This document shows, in pieces, positions 8,729 through 20,588 of a stretch of DNA of 32,691 nucleotides. The position numbers and the translations under genes were made by a program. A model generated the notes under the pieces. The model did not search any database and had not been told where the DNA came from. It saw only the letters and a program-made list of their open reading frames with translations. How positions within the stretch are numbered: position 1 is the stretch's first letter; every line of letters begins with the position of its first letter. The DNA comes from Kofleriaceae bacterium (lineage in GTDB: Bacteria > Myxococcota_A > Polyangia > Haliangiales > Haliangiaceae): assembly GCA_046597055.1 (NCBI GenBank), contig JBKJLC010000234.1:1-32691 (forward strand), in the 5' to 3' direction.

Positions 8729-11257
8729 GTGACCGCCATCATGACGACCGTCGTGGGCGACTACCGACTGATCGCGACCCTCGGCCGTGGCGGCATGGCC
8801 GACGTCTATCTCGCGGCGCGCCGCGGGATGGTGGGCTTCACCAAGCTCGTCGTCATCAAGCAGCTCCGGACCGACCTCGCCGAGCGCCCCGACGCCGCGA
8901 CGTACCGGACCCTGCTGCTCGACGAGGCCCGGCTGGCCGCGCTGCTGCGCCATCCCAACATCGTCCAGACCTTCGAGGTCGACGAGGTCGACGGCACCCC
9001 GTACATGGCGATGGAGTACCTCGACGGGCAACCACTCCTCCAGGTCCTGACGAGATCGCTGCGTTCCGGCGCGCCGATCCCGCTGCCGATGGCGCTCCGG
9101 GTCGTCGCCGACGTGCTGACCGCGCTCGACTACGCCCACGAGCTGGTGGACTACGAGGGCGTGCCCCAGCACGTCGTCCACCGCGACGTCAGCCCGCACA
9201 ACGTGTTCTGGACCTACGACGGCGAGATCAAGCTGATGGACTTCGGGGTCGCCAAGTTCGCGCTCGGCCGGACCCAGACCGAGGCCGGCATGATCAAGGG
9301 CAAGCTCGGCTACATGGCGCCCGAGCAGGCGCGGGGCCAGCCGCTCGACCGCCGCGCCGACGTGTTCGCCGCCGGGATCCTGCTGTGGGAGCTGGTGGCG
9401 CAGCGCCGGCTCCTGCGCGCTGACAGCGACGCCGCGACGCTCCAGCGGCTCCTGTTCGAGCCGCTGCCCACGCTCGACCAGGTCCGGCCCGACATCGATC
9501 CGGCGATCGCGGCGATCTGTGCGCGCGCGCTCGAGCGCGACCTCACCCGGCGATACCCGACCGCGGCCATGATGCGCGATGAGCTCGAGCGCGCGGCGGG
9601 CGCGGCGTTGCCTGCGCGCGCGGCGCTGGCCAGCTTCGTCGCCCCGCTGTTCGAGCGCGAGCGCACGGTGGTGGCCGACCGGATCCGCGACGCCCTCCGG
9701 GTCGAGACCAGCGGGCTGGTCGCGCTACCGACCGTGGAGTCGGAGTCGGCCCACATGCCGTCCGTGGTCGCCGACCGGGCCGCGACCCTGCTGGCCCGGC
9801 CGCAGTCGACCATGCCGCTGCCGCGGAGCGGCCGGATCCTGGGCGGCCGAGGCGGCATGGTCCTGGGCGCGCTGGGCGCGCTGGCGCTGATGATCGCGGG
9901 TGGGCTGGCGTGGCGCGAGCTCCAGCCCGCGGCCGCGCCGGCCGCGCTCCGCGCCGGGGCTGGCGCGGGCGGCGCCGGTCGCATCAACCCGCTCGCCGCG
10001 CCGGTCCCAGCCGACCTGCGGCTGTGCGGCTCCAACACGATCGGCGCCGAGCTGGCCCCGGCCCTGGTCGCGGCCTTCCTGGCCCGGAAGGGCGCCGGCG
10101 AGATCCAGCAGACCACCGGCCCCGATCCCGATCAGCGCGTGGTCGCCGCCAGCCTGGGTGGGCGGCCGCTGACCGTGGAGATCCGCGCCGCCGGCACCGC
10201 GACCGGGTTCGACGGCCTGGCGGCCGGTGACTGCGATCTCGGGATGGCGTCCCGCGCCGTCAACGACGAGGAGCTCGCGCGTCTGCGCCGCGCCGGCGCC
10301 GGTGATCTGCGCTCGCCGGCGACCGAGCACGTCATCGGCCTCGACGGCATCGCGGTGGTGGTCCACCCCAACAACCGGGTGATGACCCTCGACCGCGGTG
10401 CCCTCCACGACGTCTTCACCGGCAAGGTGACCGACTGGGGTCAGCTCGGCGGAGCCCCGGGCCCGATCACGGTCATGGCGCGCGACGACAAGTCCGGCAC
10501 CTACGACACGTTCAAGCACCTCGTGCTCGGCAAGAGCAAGCTGCGCGCGGGCGCCCGTCGCTTCGTGCACAGCGATGGCCTCGCCGACGCGGTCGCCAGC
10601 GATCCCTCGGCGATCGGCTTCATCGGCCTCGCCTACGTGCGCTCGGCCAAGGCGCTGGCGATCGGCGACCGCGGCACGTCGCCGATGCTGCCGACCTCGT
10701 TCACGGTCGCCACCGAGGCCTACATGCTGTCGCGACGGCTGTACTGGTACACGACGCCACGGCCGCGGACGCCCCTCGTCGCCGAGCTGGTCAGCTTCGC
10801 GCTGTCGGCGTCGGGCCAGGCCGTGGTCCAGGAGACGAGCTTCATCGACCTGACCGTCACGCTCACCGAGGTCGGACCGTGCGGGTGGCGCTGCCCGCGC
10901 CGCTACGCCGCCCTGGTCGCCGGCGCCCAGCGCGCGTCGATCGACTTCCGGTTCCGCACGGGCAGCGACCACATCGACTCGCGCGCCGTGCGCGATCTCG
11001 ACCGGATCGTGCACGTGCTGCGCGACCATCCCGCGGCGCGCCTGATGCTGTTCGGCTTCTCGGACAGCGCCGGTGATCGGATGGCCAACCTGGCCCTGTC
11101 GCGCAGCCGGGCCCGGACCCTCGCCCGCGAGCTGGCGACCCGTGGGGTCCGCGCCGCGGTCGTCGACGGCTTCGGCGCCGCGATGCCGGTGGCGCCCAAC
11201 ACCAGCGCGACCGAGCGCGAGCGCAACCGGCGGGTCGAGGTCTGGTTGACGCGCTGA
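8729..11257 (+). CDS. Ser/Thr protein kinase - TM - PstS-like phosphate-binding domain - OmpA-C peptidoglycan-binding domain
   Basis: Kinase motifs LGRGGMADVY, VVIK, HRDVSPHN, DFG and YMAPE. TM at about 9857-9912. PBP motifs GSNTIG, MASR, GLDGIAVVVHP and RDDKSGT. OmpA-C motifs GFSD..G..NLALSRSRA and NRRVE. Confidence 0.92.
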   Translation: MTAIMTTVVGDYRLIATLGRGGMADVYLAARRGMVGFTKLVVIKQLRTDLAERPDAATYRTLLLDEARLAALLRHPNIVQTFEVDEVDGTPYMAMEYLDGQPLLQVLTRSLRSGAPIPLPMALRVVADVLTALDYAHELVDYEGVPQHVVHRDVSPHNVFWTYDGEIKLMDFGVAKFALGRTQTEAGMIKGKLGYMAPEQARGQPLDRRADVFAAGILLWELVAQRRLLRADSDAATLQRLLFEPLPTLDQVRPDIDPAIAAICARALERDLTRRYPTAAMMRDELERAAGAALPARAALASFVAPLFERERTVVADRIRDALRVETSGLVALPTVESESAHMPSVVADRAATLLARPQSTMPLPRSGRILGGRGGMVLGALGALALMIAGGLAWRELQPAAAPAALRAGAGAGGAGRINPLAAPVPADLRLCGSNTIGAELAPALVAAFLARKGAGEIQQTTGPDPDQRVVAASLGGRPLTVEIRAAGTATGFDGLAAGDCDLGMASRAVNDEELARLRRAGAGDLRSPATEHVIGLDGIAVVVHPNNRVMTLDRGALHDVFTGKVTDWGQLGGAPGPITVMARDDKSGTYDTFKHLVLGKSKLRAGARRFVHSDGLADAVASDPSAIGFIGLAYVRSAKALAIGDRGTSPMLPTSFTVATEAYMLSRRLYWYTTPRPRTPLVAELVSFALSASGQAVVQETSFIDLTVTLTEVGPCGWRCPRRYAALVAGAQRASIDFRFRTGSDHIDSRAVRDLDRIVHVLRDHPAARLMLFGFSDSAGDRMANLALSRSRARTLARELATRGVRAAVVDGFGAAMPVAPNTSATERERNRRVEVWLTR

Positions 11258-11338
11258 CGGGTGCCCGCGCGCTCGAACAGCGCCGGGCGAGGCGGGGCGG
11301 GTCGCGCGGCGGCGCGGCCAGCCCGGCCAGGACCAGCG

Positions 11339-14032
<2,694 letters not shown>

Positions 14033-14076
14033 AGGCCTACCTACCGCACTCGGGATGCGCCTGCATGGTTCGATCG

Positions 14077-15387
14077 CTAGTGTCGCGCGAGCCAGCGCGC
14101 GACGGGCTGCCAGACCAGCGCACGCGCGTCGTCGGCAAACAGCAGGTCGGCGTGGCCGAAGTCCTCGGCGCGACGCTCGGGACCGAACCGCTGGACGATC
14201 AGCGTCTGCACGTCGGTCGAGGCCACCTGGGTCGTCGCGGGCACGCCGAGCGCGCCCACCCCACCGGCGGCCCCGATGTAGAACAGCGGCAGCCGGATGC
14301 GCCCGAGCGGCGCGTCGACCGGCTGCGCACCCTCGCCACACAGGAGCGCGTCGAAGTCGGCGCCTTCGAGCACCGACTGGTGCGGCGTGGCACCCGCGAG
14401 CCACGCGGTCGCGGCCGGCTCCGAGGTCTCGCGCAGGCCCACCGCGGCCTCGCCGTCGAGCACCGGGGCCAGCAGGTGGTACCCGGGCGCCAGCGGCGCG
14501 AACAGGTAGGTCTGACCGACCACCAGCTGCATGGCGGCTCGATTGCTCATGCCGTCGAGCAACGGCGACGGATCGTCGGGGGCGGTGCGCGCCAGCTGGC
14601 CGGACGTGATCAAGAAGTCGTTCGGGGCGTCGATCGTCCCGTCGGCGACCCGCTGATAGGCGGCGGCGCTGTTCGCGCACGCAGCGGCCCGGGCCTCGGC
14701 CTGGTCAGGACCATAGGCGCCGTAGAAGTCGAGCGGCACCAGCGCGTCGACGTGGCGCTCGCGGGCCGGGCGCGCCGCCTCGACCGCCGCGTAGGTGTAC
14801 GCGAGCTGCGCGCCGTGCGAGAACCCGACCAGCGCGAGCGGCCCGTGACCGGTGCCGGTCGCGAGGCGGGTGGCACGCGCGACCGCGAGCGCGACCCGCA
14901 GGTCCTCGAGCTCCTGGGCCACGCCCATGGTCTCGAAGTCGGAGACGTCGTCGGTGGCGCCCGGCAGCGTCCACCGCCGATCGAGGCCCCACACGTCCAC
15001 GTCCTGGCCGGCGAGATACGGCGCGAGGCCGGTCACCGGCGAGCTCGGCTCGCCCCGCCCGGGCGCGAAGTTGGTGACGAACGTCGCGAAGTCGCCGTGG
15101 AGCAACATCGCGGCGTGCCGGGTCGGGCGCGGCACGAACGGCGCCCGCTCGCGCACGATGCGGTGCAGGCGGACCGCCGCGTTGGGCGTGTCGCCCACCG
15201 GCAGCACCAGCTGATAGTGATAGATGTCGGCGGTGACGTGGGCGCGGCTGAACCCGAGCGACGCGGCGCGCGCGGGCGACGTGAGCGCGGCGCCCGCGGT
15301 GGGCGCGACCTCGGTCGTCACGTCGGGGGTGACGTCGTCCGCGACGCACCCGGCACCGCAGGCAAGCACGAGAAGATATCGATACAT
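14077..15387 (-). CDS. Secreted/lipoprotein alpha/beta hydrolase
   Basis: AGGAGG RBS, lipobox (CGAGC), LLHG oxyanion loop, nucleophile GFSHG and C-terminal GHAD. Confidence 0.85.
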   Translation of the reverse strand: MYRYLLVLACGAGCVADDVTPDVTTEVAPTAGAALTSPARAASLGFSRAHVTADIYHYQLVLPVGDTPNAAVRLHRIVRERAPFVPRPTRHAAMLLHGDFATFVTNFAPGRGEPSSPVTGLAPYLAGQDVDVWGLDRRWTLPGATDDVSDFETMGVAQELEDLRVALAVARATRLATGTGHGPLALVGFSHGAQLAYTYAAVEAARPARERHVDALVPLDFYGAYGPDQAEARAAACANSAAAYQRVADGTIDAPNDFLITSGQLARTAPDDPSPLLDGMSNRAAMQLVVGQTYLFAPLAPGYHLLAPVLDGEAAVGLRETSEPAATAWLAGATPHQSVLEGADFDALLCGEGAQPVDAPLGRIRLPLFYIGAAGGVGALGVPATTQVASTDVQTLIVQRFGPERRAEDFGHADLLFADDARALVWQPVARWLARH

Positions 15388-15447
15388 GAGTGGCCTCCTA
15401 CCGGATCGACACGGAGGCGGCCGCGGCTTGCAGGAAAAAGTGAAGCA

Positions 15448-16248
15448 TCAGCGGAGGAGCCGCGCGACGCTGAGGGCGAGCCCACTCTGCAGCAGCCGAG
15501 CCACGCTGTCGGCGGTCTCGGTCGTGACCGCGAGGCGCGCCATCAGGTGCGCGCGCGCCGCGGTCCGGACCTGGTCGAGGGCCGCGCTGATCCAGCGCGA
15601 CGCGGTCGACTCGTGCACGCGGTACAGCCGACCGATCTGCGCGAGCTCGAGCCCGTCAACGAACCGCAGCCGCAGGACCGCGCGCCCCCGATCGGCGAGC
15701 CCGGCCAGCGCGGCGGTGACCGCCTCGCGGAGCTCGCTGCGGTAGAGCCCGCGCAGATGGCGCAGCTCGGGGTCGGGCTCGCGGTCGACGATGTCGGCCA
15801 GGAGGTCGTCGGCCGGCGTGGCGCTGGCGCCGTCGGGGCGGAGGTCGCGCTTGGCGTTGAGCGCCACCCGTCGGGCGGCGATCGCGACCCACGCCCGCAA
15901 CGGGCCGGCCCCGCGATAGCCCGCGAGCCGCGGCCGGTCGCCGCCACCCTCGCCCACGACCAGCCGCACCCGCGTCCGCTGACACACCTCGTCGACAAAC
16001 GTGGGATCGCGGTCGATCGCGCGCGCGGCCGCGGCGATCTCGTCGGCCACGTATGCCTCGAACCGCCGCGCGGCGCCGGCATCCCCGCAGCTCACCGCGA
16101 ACGCGAGCGCCAGGTCGGCCGCGTGGGTCGCCGACGCGCCGCCGGCGATCGCCGCCGCCACGTGCGCGAGCGCATCCGGGACCGAGACCCGCGGATACCT
16201 GGCGAGCGCGGCCCGGACATCCTCGGTCCATGACGGCTCGGCGGACAC
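15448..16248 (-). CDS. ECF sigma factor, Myxococcales type (Sig-70_gmx1-like)
   Basis: HAADLALAFA..GDAGA, YRGAGPLRAWV, and region 4 LRLRFVDGL..QIGRLYRVHESTASRW. Confidence 0.88.
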   Translation of the reverse strand: MSAEPSWTEDVRAALARYPRVSVPDALAHVAAAIAGGASATHAADLALAFAVSCGDAGAARRFEAYVADEIAAAARAIDRDPTFVDEVCQRTRVRLVVGEGGGDRPRLAGYRGAGPLRAWVAIAARRVALNAKRDLRPDGASATPADDLLADIVDREPDPELRHLRGLYRSELREAVTAALAGLADRGRAVLRLRFVDGLELAQIGRLYRVHESTASRWISAALDQVRTAARAHLMARLAVTTETADSVARLLQSGLALSVARLLR

Positions 16249-16333
16249 CGCGTGAATGTATCCGGTCCGCGCCGGGCGGCCAGGGCAGGCGCCGGCAGTG
16301 ATCGGTCCGCATGCGCGGGCCCGCCCGAAACGG

Positions 16334-16371
16334 AAAAACGCCGCCGAGCCTGGGGGCAGGTGCGGCGGCGT
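16334..16371 (-). terminator. Intrinsic terminator of the DUF6748-like gene
   Basis: ACGCCGCCG..CCTG/CAGG..CGGCGGCGT stem followed by a T-tract on the minus strand. Confidence 0.65.
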
Positions 16372-16419
16372 GAGCGGAGGCTTACGACGAGACCGAGGTC
16401 CCGCCGTCGCGCGGCGCGA

Positions 16420-17487
16420 TCAGAACGCGGTCGTGATGGACAGCGCGACCGCGTCACCGTCGGGCTCGCGCACGAGGACGGTCGAGTAGCTGCCGGAGTA
16501 CGGGCTCTGCTCGTAGCGAACCTCGACCGGGGTGATCACCTGCGGGAAGAAGCCGTCGAGCTGCTCGATCTTGAGGTCGAGGATGAGGTCGGCCGGGTTG
16601 ATGCCCTGCGGGGTCGCCGGCACCAGGGTCGCCGTGTAGCCGGGCGACGGGAGGTTCACGGTGCCCGTGACGAGGAACTTGGTGGGGCTCGGCGCGAACC
16701 GGCTGATCCAGGCGTTCCAGTCGCTGGTCTCGACCGAGATGCCAGCCGGCTCGACGTCGGCGATGCGCTTGTAGAAGTTGACCACGGTGCGAGCGGCCAT
16801 GCTGCCGGCCGGGCCGGTGACGGTGTAGCGGTCGCCGACGATGATCAGCTTGTTGCCGGTCAGCTCGGCGCTGGCGGCGTCGAGCTGCTCCTGGGTCGCG
16901 CCCGAGGCGTCCCAGCCGAGCTCGGCCAGGTTGGCGGTCGCGCGCGAGTTGAGCTTGCCCTCGCGGAAGGTCGGGCACGGGGTGGTGATGCAGCGGACGC
17001 CGGTCAGCTCGACCTTGGTGAACACGCCCGACGGCACGTTCGCGCCCTCGCCGGCCCACGCCTCGGTCGGACGGAGCTCGGCGAAGGTACCCACGCCGCT
17101 CCAGTTCTTGCGGCCGATCGACGCGCGGACGATCAGGTCGCCGGCGTAGAGCGCGCTGGTGGCCTGCTCGACGCCACCGTCGTTGAGCCCGAGGCGGGCC
17201 CAGTCGGTCGACGCGGCGTAGCAGCGCTCGGCCTTGCGACCGTCGAGGCACCGGGTGGTCTCGGCGTTGGCGAGCTTGTAGAAGACGCCGCCGCACATCG
17301 GGGACGCGCAGCGGCGGAAGTCGGCCTTGACCTGGTAGTAGGTCGAGGTGGCGCCGAGGTCGGCCTTGGCGTCGTCAGAGATCTCGACGAGGTCGTCGGC
17401 GGCGAACTCGTCCTCGGTGGAGGAGGAGTCGGTGCAGGAGATAGCAAGGGGGGCCGCAAGGGCCAGAACGAAGAAGGTGCGGAACAT
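16420..17487 (-). CDS. DUF6748-like Cys-containing lipoprotein with an extra C-terminal domain
   Basis: AAGGAG RBS, lipobox LAISC, DDAKAD linker, DFRRCASPMCGG and GVRCITTPCP motifs; C-terminal PQGINPADLILDL domain. Confidence 0.75.
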   Translation of the reverse strand: MFRTFFVLALAAPLAISCTDSSSTEDEFAADDLVEISDDAKADLGATSTYYQVKADFRRCASPMCGGVFYKLANAETTRCLDGRKAERCYAASTDWARLGLNDGGVEQATSALYAGDLIVRASIGRKNWSGVGTFAELRPTEAWAGEGANVPSGVFTKVELTGVRCITTPCPTFREGKLNSRATANLAELGWDASGATQEQLDAASAELTGNKLIIVGDRYTVTGPAGSMAARTVVNFYKRIADVEPAGISVETSDWNAWISRFAPSPTKFLVTGTVNLPSPGYTATLVPATPQGINPADLILDLKIEQLDGFFPQVITPVEVRYEQSPYSGSYSTVLVREPDGDAVALSITTAF

Positions 17488-17519
17488 GGTGGGAAACTCC
17501 TTGAGAGGATTTCCCCTTG

Positions 17520-17535
17520 AGCACCGTCCGTGCCA
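17520..17535 (-). promoter_or_regulatory. sigma54 promoter of the DUF6748-like gene
   Basis: Minus strand reads TGGCACGGACGGTGCT, with a perfect -24 box and GG-N10-GC spacing, about 32 nt upstream of ATG 17487. Confidence 0.75.
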
Positions 17536-17580
17536 CCTCTTGCAGGGGTAGCGATCCACGAGGCATCGCGGGGTTGTATT

Positions 17581-17598
17581 GCACGTTGCGCAACTTGC
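17581..17598. promoter_or_regulatory. Palindromic site, candidate enhancer-binding-protein site
   Basis: GCACGTTGCGCAACTTGC has a perfect GTTGCGCAAC core and lies upstream of the sigma54 promoter. Confidence 0.4.
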
Positions 17599-17752
17599 CG
17601 CGAAGTCAGGGGTGACACGGCAACTGCATTGGCCGGCAAGAGGCCAAGACTGCTCGCCTTTCTGGCTTGTCGAGGCGCCACCTGCGACGCCCCCAGGGTC
17701 GCAGTGTAGACCGCTCACCTCGCTCCGATCGGGCGCACCAACCGCGTGCGCT

Positions 17753-18514
17753 TCATCGACTGATCGAGGGCGCGGGTCCCGGCCCATCGCCGTGCGGGCC
17801 GAAGACCTCGACCTCCACGCCGTCAGAGTAGTGCACGGTCTCGAGCCGGCCGCCGGCCGGGAGCCCGGCGGCGCCGAGCAGCCCCTCGCTGCACGACACC
17901 AGGGACGCGCGTCGCACCGGGTAGGCAGTGTGATGGACCTGCCCCAGGCGCAGCGTGCCGCGCTGCTCGGCGAACAGGTGGTAGCGCTCGAGCAGGAAGT
18001 GTTCGAGCGTGCCGACCGCGGACGGGCCGAGCTCGTCGCCGACGTCGTAGGTCACGTCGAGGCGCGCGGTCGGATCGCCGGCCCGCTGCGAGCGATAGGC
18101 CACGCGGTCGCCCGCGCGCGACGCGGCCATCCGGGCGTGGAAGTACGGCAGCCCCCACAGCAGGCGTGCCGCCTTCACCGCCAGCCACGAGCTCGCCTCG
18201 AGCGAGAAGAAGTACACGCCAGGCGCGCCGCGATGGTGGACGTAGGTGCGCAGGTTGGTCTCGAGGAAGTCGAGGCCGGTCCGCCGCGGCATCCACGACG
18301 TCCGGGTCGCCTCCATGCGGAACGGGACCAGCCCGACCCAGGCCCGGCCCGCCCACAGATCGAGCTCGAGCGAGGCCGGGACCAGCGCGCGCACAGCCGC
18401 GGGCTCGAACGACCAGTGCACGAACAGGAGCTCGCGCCAGCGCTGGGTGCCGGCGGCGCGGCCGGTGGGTCGACGGGTGGGCGCCACGCGGTCGAGATCG
18501 AGGCAGTCACCCAT
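17753..18514 (-). CDS. yqjF: YqjF / DUF2071 family protein
   Basis: [49 protein letters not shown] and FLLERY motifs. Confidence 0.92.
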   Translation of the reverse strand: MGDCLDLDRVAPTRRPTGRAAGTQRWRELLFVHWSFEPAAVRALVPASLELDLWAGRAWVGLVPFRMEATRTSWMPRRTGLDFLETNLRTYVHHRGAPGVYFFSLEASSWLAVKAARLLWGLPYFHARMAASRAGDRVAYRSQRAGDPTARLDVTYDVGDELGPSAVGTLEHFLLERYHLFAEQRGTLRLGQVHHTAYPVRRASLVSCSEGLLGAAGLPAGGRLETVHYSDGVEVEVFGPHGDGPGPAPSISR

Positions 18515-18535
18515 GTTGCGGGTATCCTAGTGCGC

Positions 18536-19123
18536 ATGGCCAGCGGATCCACGGGCATGGATGGCACCGGCGCCGCGAACGGTACCGATGACCCCGCCGA
18601 GCGGCGGACCGCCGGCTCGCCGACCCGGCTGCGCGTCGAACCAGGCGACATCACGCGAATCGCCGCCGACGCGATCGTCAATGCGGCCAACAATGCGATG
18701 TCGGGGGGCGGCGGGGTCGACGGAGCGATCCATCGCGCGGCTGGTCCCGAACTGTTGGCCGCGTGTCGGGCGCTCGGGCGCTGTCCGACCGGCGAGGCGC
18801 GGATCACGCCCGGGTTCGCCCTGCCCGCGCGCTGGGTCATCCACGCGGTCGGTCCGGTGTGGCGCGGCGGCGATGCCGGCGAGGCCGAACTGCTGGCCGC
18901 GGCGTACCGCGCGAGCCTGGAGCTCGCGGTGGCCCACGGCTGCAAGACGGTCGCGTTCCCGGCCATCTCGTGCGGCGCGTACCGATATCCGATCGAGGCC
19001 GCGACCTCGCTCGCGGTGACCACCATCCGCGCGTGGTGCGACGCTCAGCCGGGACTCGACGAGGTGATCCTGGTCGCCTACGAGCGACCGGTCGCGAGCG
19101 CGCTGGCGCACGCGCTCGGCTAG
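18536..19123 (+). CDS. ymdB: Macrodomain protein (O-acetyl-ADP-ribose deacetylase / ADP-ribosylhydrolase)
   Basis: [35 protein letters not shown] and [13 protein letters not shown]. Confidence 0.93.
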   Translation: MASGSTGMDGTGAANGTDDPAERRTAGSPTRLRVEPGDITRIAADAIVNAANNAMSGGGGVDGAIHRAAGPELLAACRALGRCPTGEARITPGFALPARWVIHAVGPVWRGGDAGEAELLAAAYRASLELAVAHGCKTVAFPAISCGAYRYPIEAATSLAVTTIRAWCDAQPGLDEVILVAYERPVASALAHALG

Positions 19124-19253
19124 CCGAGGTCGGCTCGGCCGAGTGCCTGCGCCGCGACAGCCCGGCGCCGTGCCACAGTGGCCGTCCGGGGCGGCGCGCT
19201 GCCATGCGGCGCAGGAATAATCGGTCCGGCAACCACGTCGTCAAGGAACGATC

Positions 19254-20588
19254 ATGGCCCACCTCCGTATCCCGCTCGTCACCCTCCTGGCGCTGGTCGC
19301 CGTGCCGATCGTCGCCCGTGCGGCGCCGATCGAACGCCGCCTGTACTCCGATGCCATCGATGCCAGCTCGTTCCTGTGGAACGACTGGAACAAGTACGTC
19401 GAGAACTACCATCCCAACTACGTCGGTGACGACGATGCCAGGACCGCGTGGGTCGAGGGTAGCGCGGGCAGTGGCGCCGGCGAGTGGGTGCGCCTGCAGG
19501 TGACGCCGCTCGAGAAGACGACCCGGCTGCGGCTGCGGATCCGCAACGGCTACCAGAAATCGAAGGGGCTGTTCGCGGCCAATGCGCGGGCCAAGGACGT
19601 GGTGGTCCGACTGCTGCCGTCGAACGTCGAGCGCAAGGCGACCCTGGCTGATCAGGACGGCTGGCAGGAGCTGACGATCGACCAGCCGAGCGGGCCGATG
19701 CGCGCGGTCGAGCTCCAGGTCGGGACCGCCTACGAGGGCACCAAGTACCAGGACCTCTGCATCAGCGACGTCCAGGTGTTCGCGACCTCGGAGACCGAGG
19801 ACAACCCGGCGTTCGAGAAGGGGAAGCGCAAGGAGCTCCTGGCCTGGCGCGCGGCCCGGATGACGGCTGCCAAGATCTACAGCGCGGGCAAGGTCGCGCT
19901 GCCGCTGTACCCGAGCTACCGGGTGACCTCGACCGAGCGCGAGGTCGACTGCCAGAGCTGCGACCTGGGCGACATGCTGGCGACCGCGGCCGCGGATCCT
20001 TCCTTCAAGGAGTGGAAGGTCGCGCTCGAGGACGCACGCGGCATGGTCGGCGACCTCGACCGGCTGCCGCAGGTCCAGCTCGCGCCGACCGCGAAGATCG
20101 TGCTGCCGGTGGCCGACGGCTTCGAGCGCCCCACCCTCGACGAGATGTATGAGGGTTGGTACCAGAACAACGAGCTCCGGCTGCCGTTCATCGCCTCGGC
20201 GTCCATCCTGATGGCCGAGCAGCTGCGGGTGCTCGAGGTGAAAGGCACCCAGACCCCGACCGCCTTCCGCGACGCCCACGACCGGCGGTGCAAGAAGGAC
20301 GTCACCTGGGCGAAGCGGGTGCCGTCGCCCGAGCAGACCGGCCCCGAGCAGGTCCGCGCCGTGGTGATCGGACGATGCGGCAAGGTCGAGAGCCGCGATG
20401 GCTACGCCGCGGCCACCGGGCTGCAGCTGCTGGTCTACGGGCGCGATGGCCGTCTCGCGCTGGTGGTCAGCGAGGGTGCGATCGATGCCTACCGGTGGAC
20501 GATGGACGGCGAACGAGCGATGGTGAGCGGCGGCCACGCGCTGCTCCGCCAGGGCACGGAGCTCGACGCCGTCAAGACCGCGCCGTGA
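19254..20588 (+). CDS. Secreted protein with N-terminal discoidin-like (NADase-type) glycan-binding domain
   Basis: AAGGA RBS, signal peptide (ARA-A), DDDARTAWVEG..GEWVRL..IRNGYQKS..N-x-R..CISDV pattern; C-terminal half not recognised. Confidence 0.75.
   Translation: MAHLRIPLVTLLALVAVPIVARAAPIERRLYSDAIDASSFLWNDWNKYVENYHPNYVGDDDARTAWVEGSAGSGAGEWVRLQVTPLEKTTRLRLRIRNGYQKSKGLFAANARAKDVVVRLLPSNVERKATLADQDGWQELTIDQPSGPMRAVELQVGTAYEGTKYQDLCISDVQVFATSETEDNPAFEKGKRKELLAWRAARMTAAKIYSAGKVALPLYPSYRVTSTEREVDCQSCDLGDMLATAAADPSFKEWKVALEDARGMVGDLDRLPQVQLAPTAKIVLPVADGFERPTLDEMYEGWYQNNELRLPFIASASILMAEQLRVLEVKGTQTPTAFRDAHDRRCKKDVTWAKRVPSPEQTGPEQVRAVVIGRCGKVESRDGYAAATGLQLLVYGRDGRLALVVSEGAIDAYRWTMDGERAMVSGGHALLRQGTELDAVKTAP

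Noticed and set aside
14033..14680. N-terminal extension of the kinase ORF
   Set aside because: Overlaps the hydrolase gene in another frame; kinase-like sequence begins near 14032.
18536..20588. Macrodomain plus 'NADase-type' domain as an NAD/ADP-ribose toxin-immunity pair
   Set aside because: The recognised domain is only the glycan-binding module; no NADase or ART catalytic motif was seen, and the genes are 130 bp apart with a separate candidate promoter.
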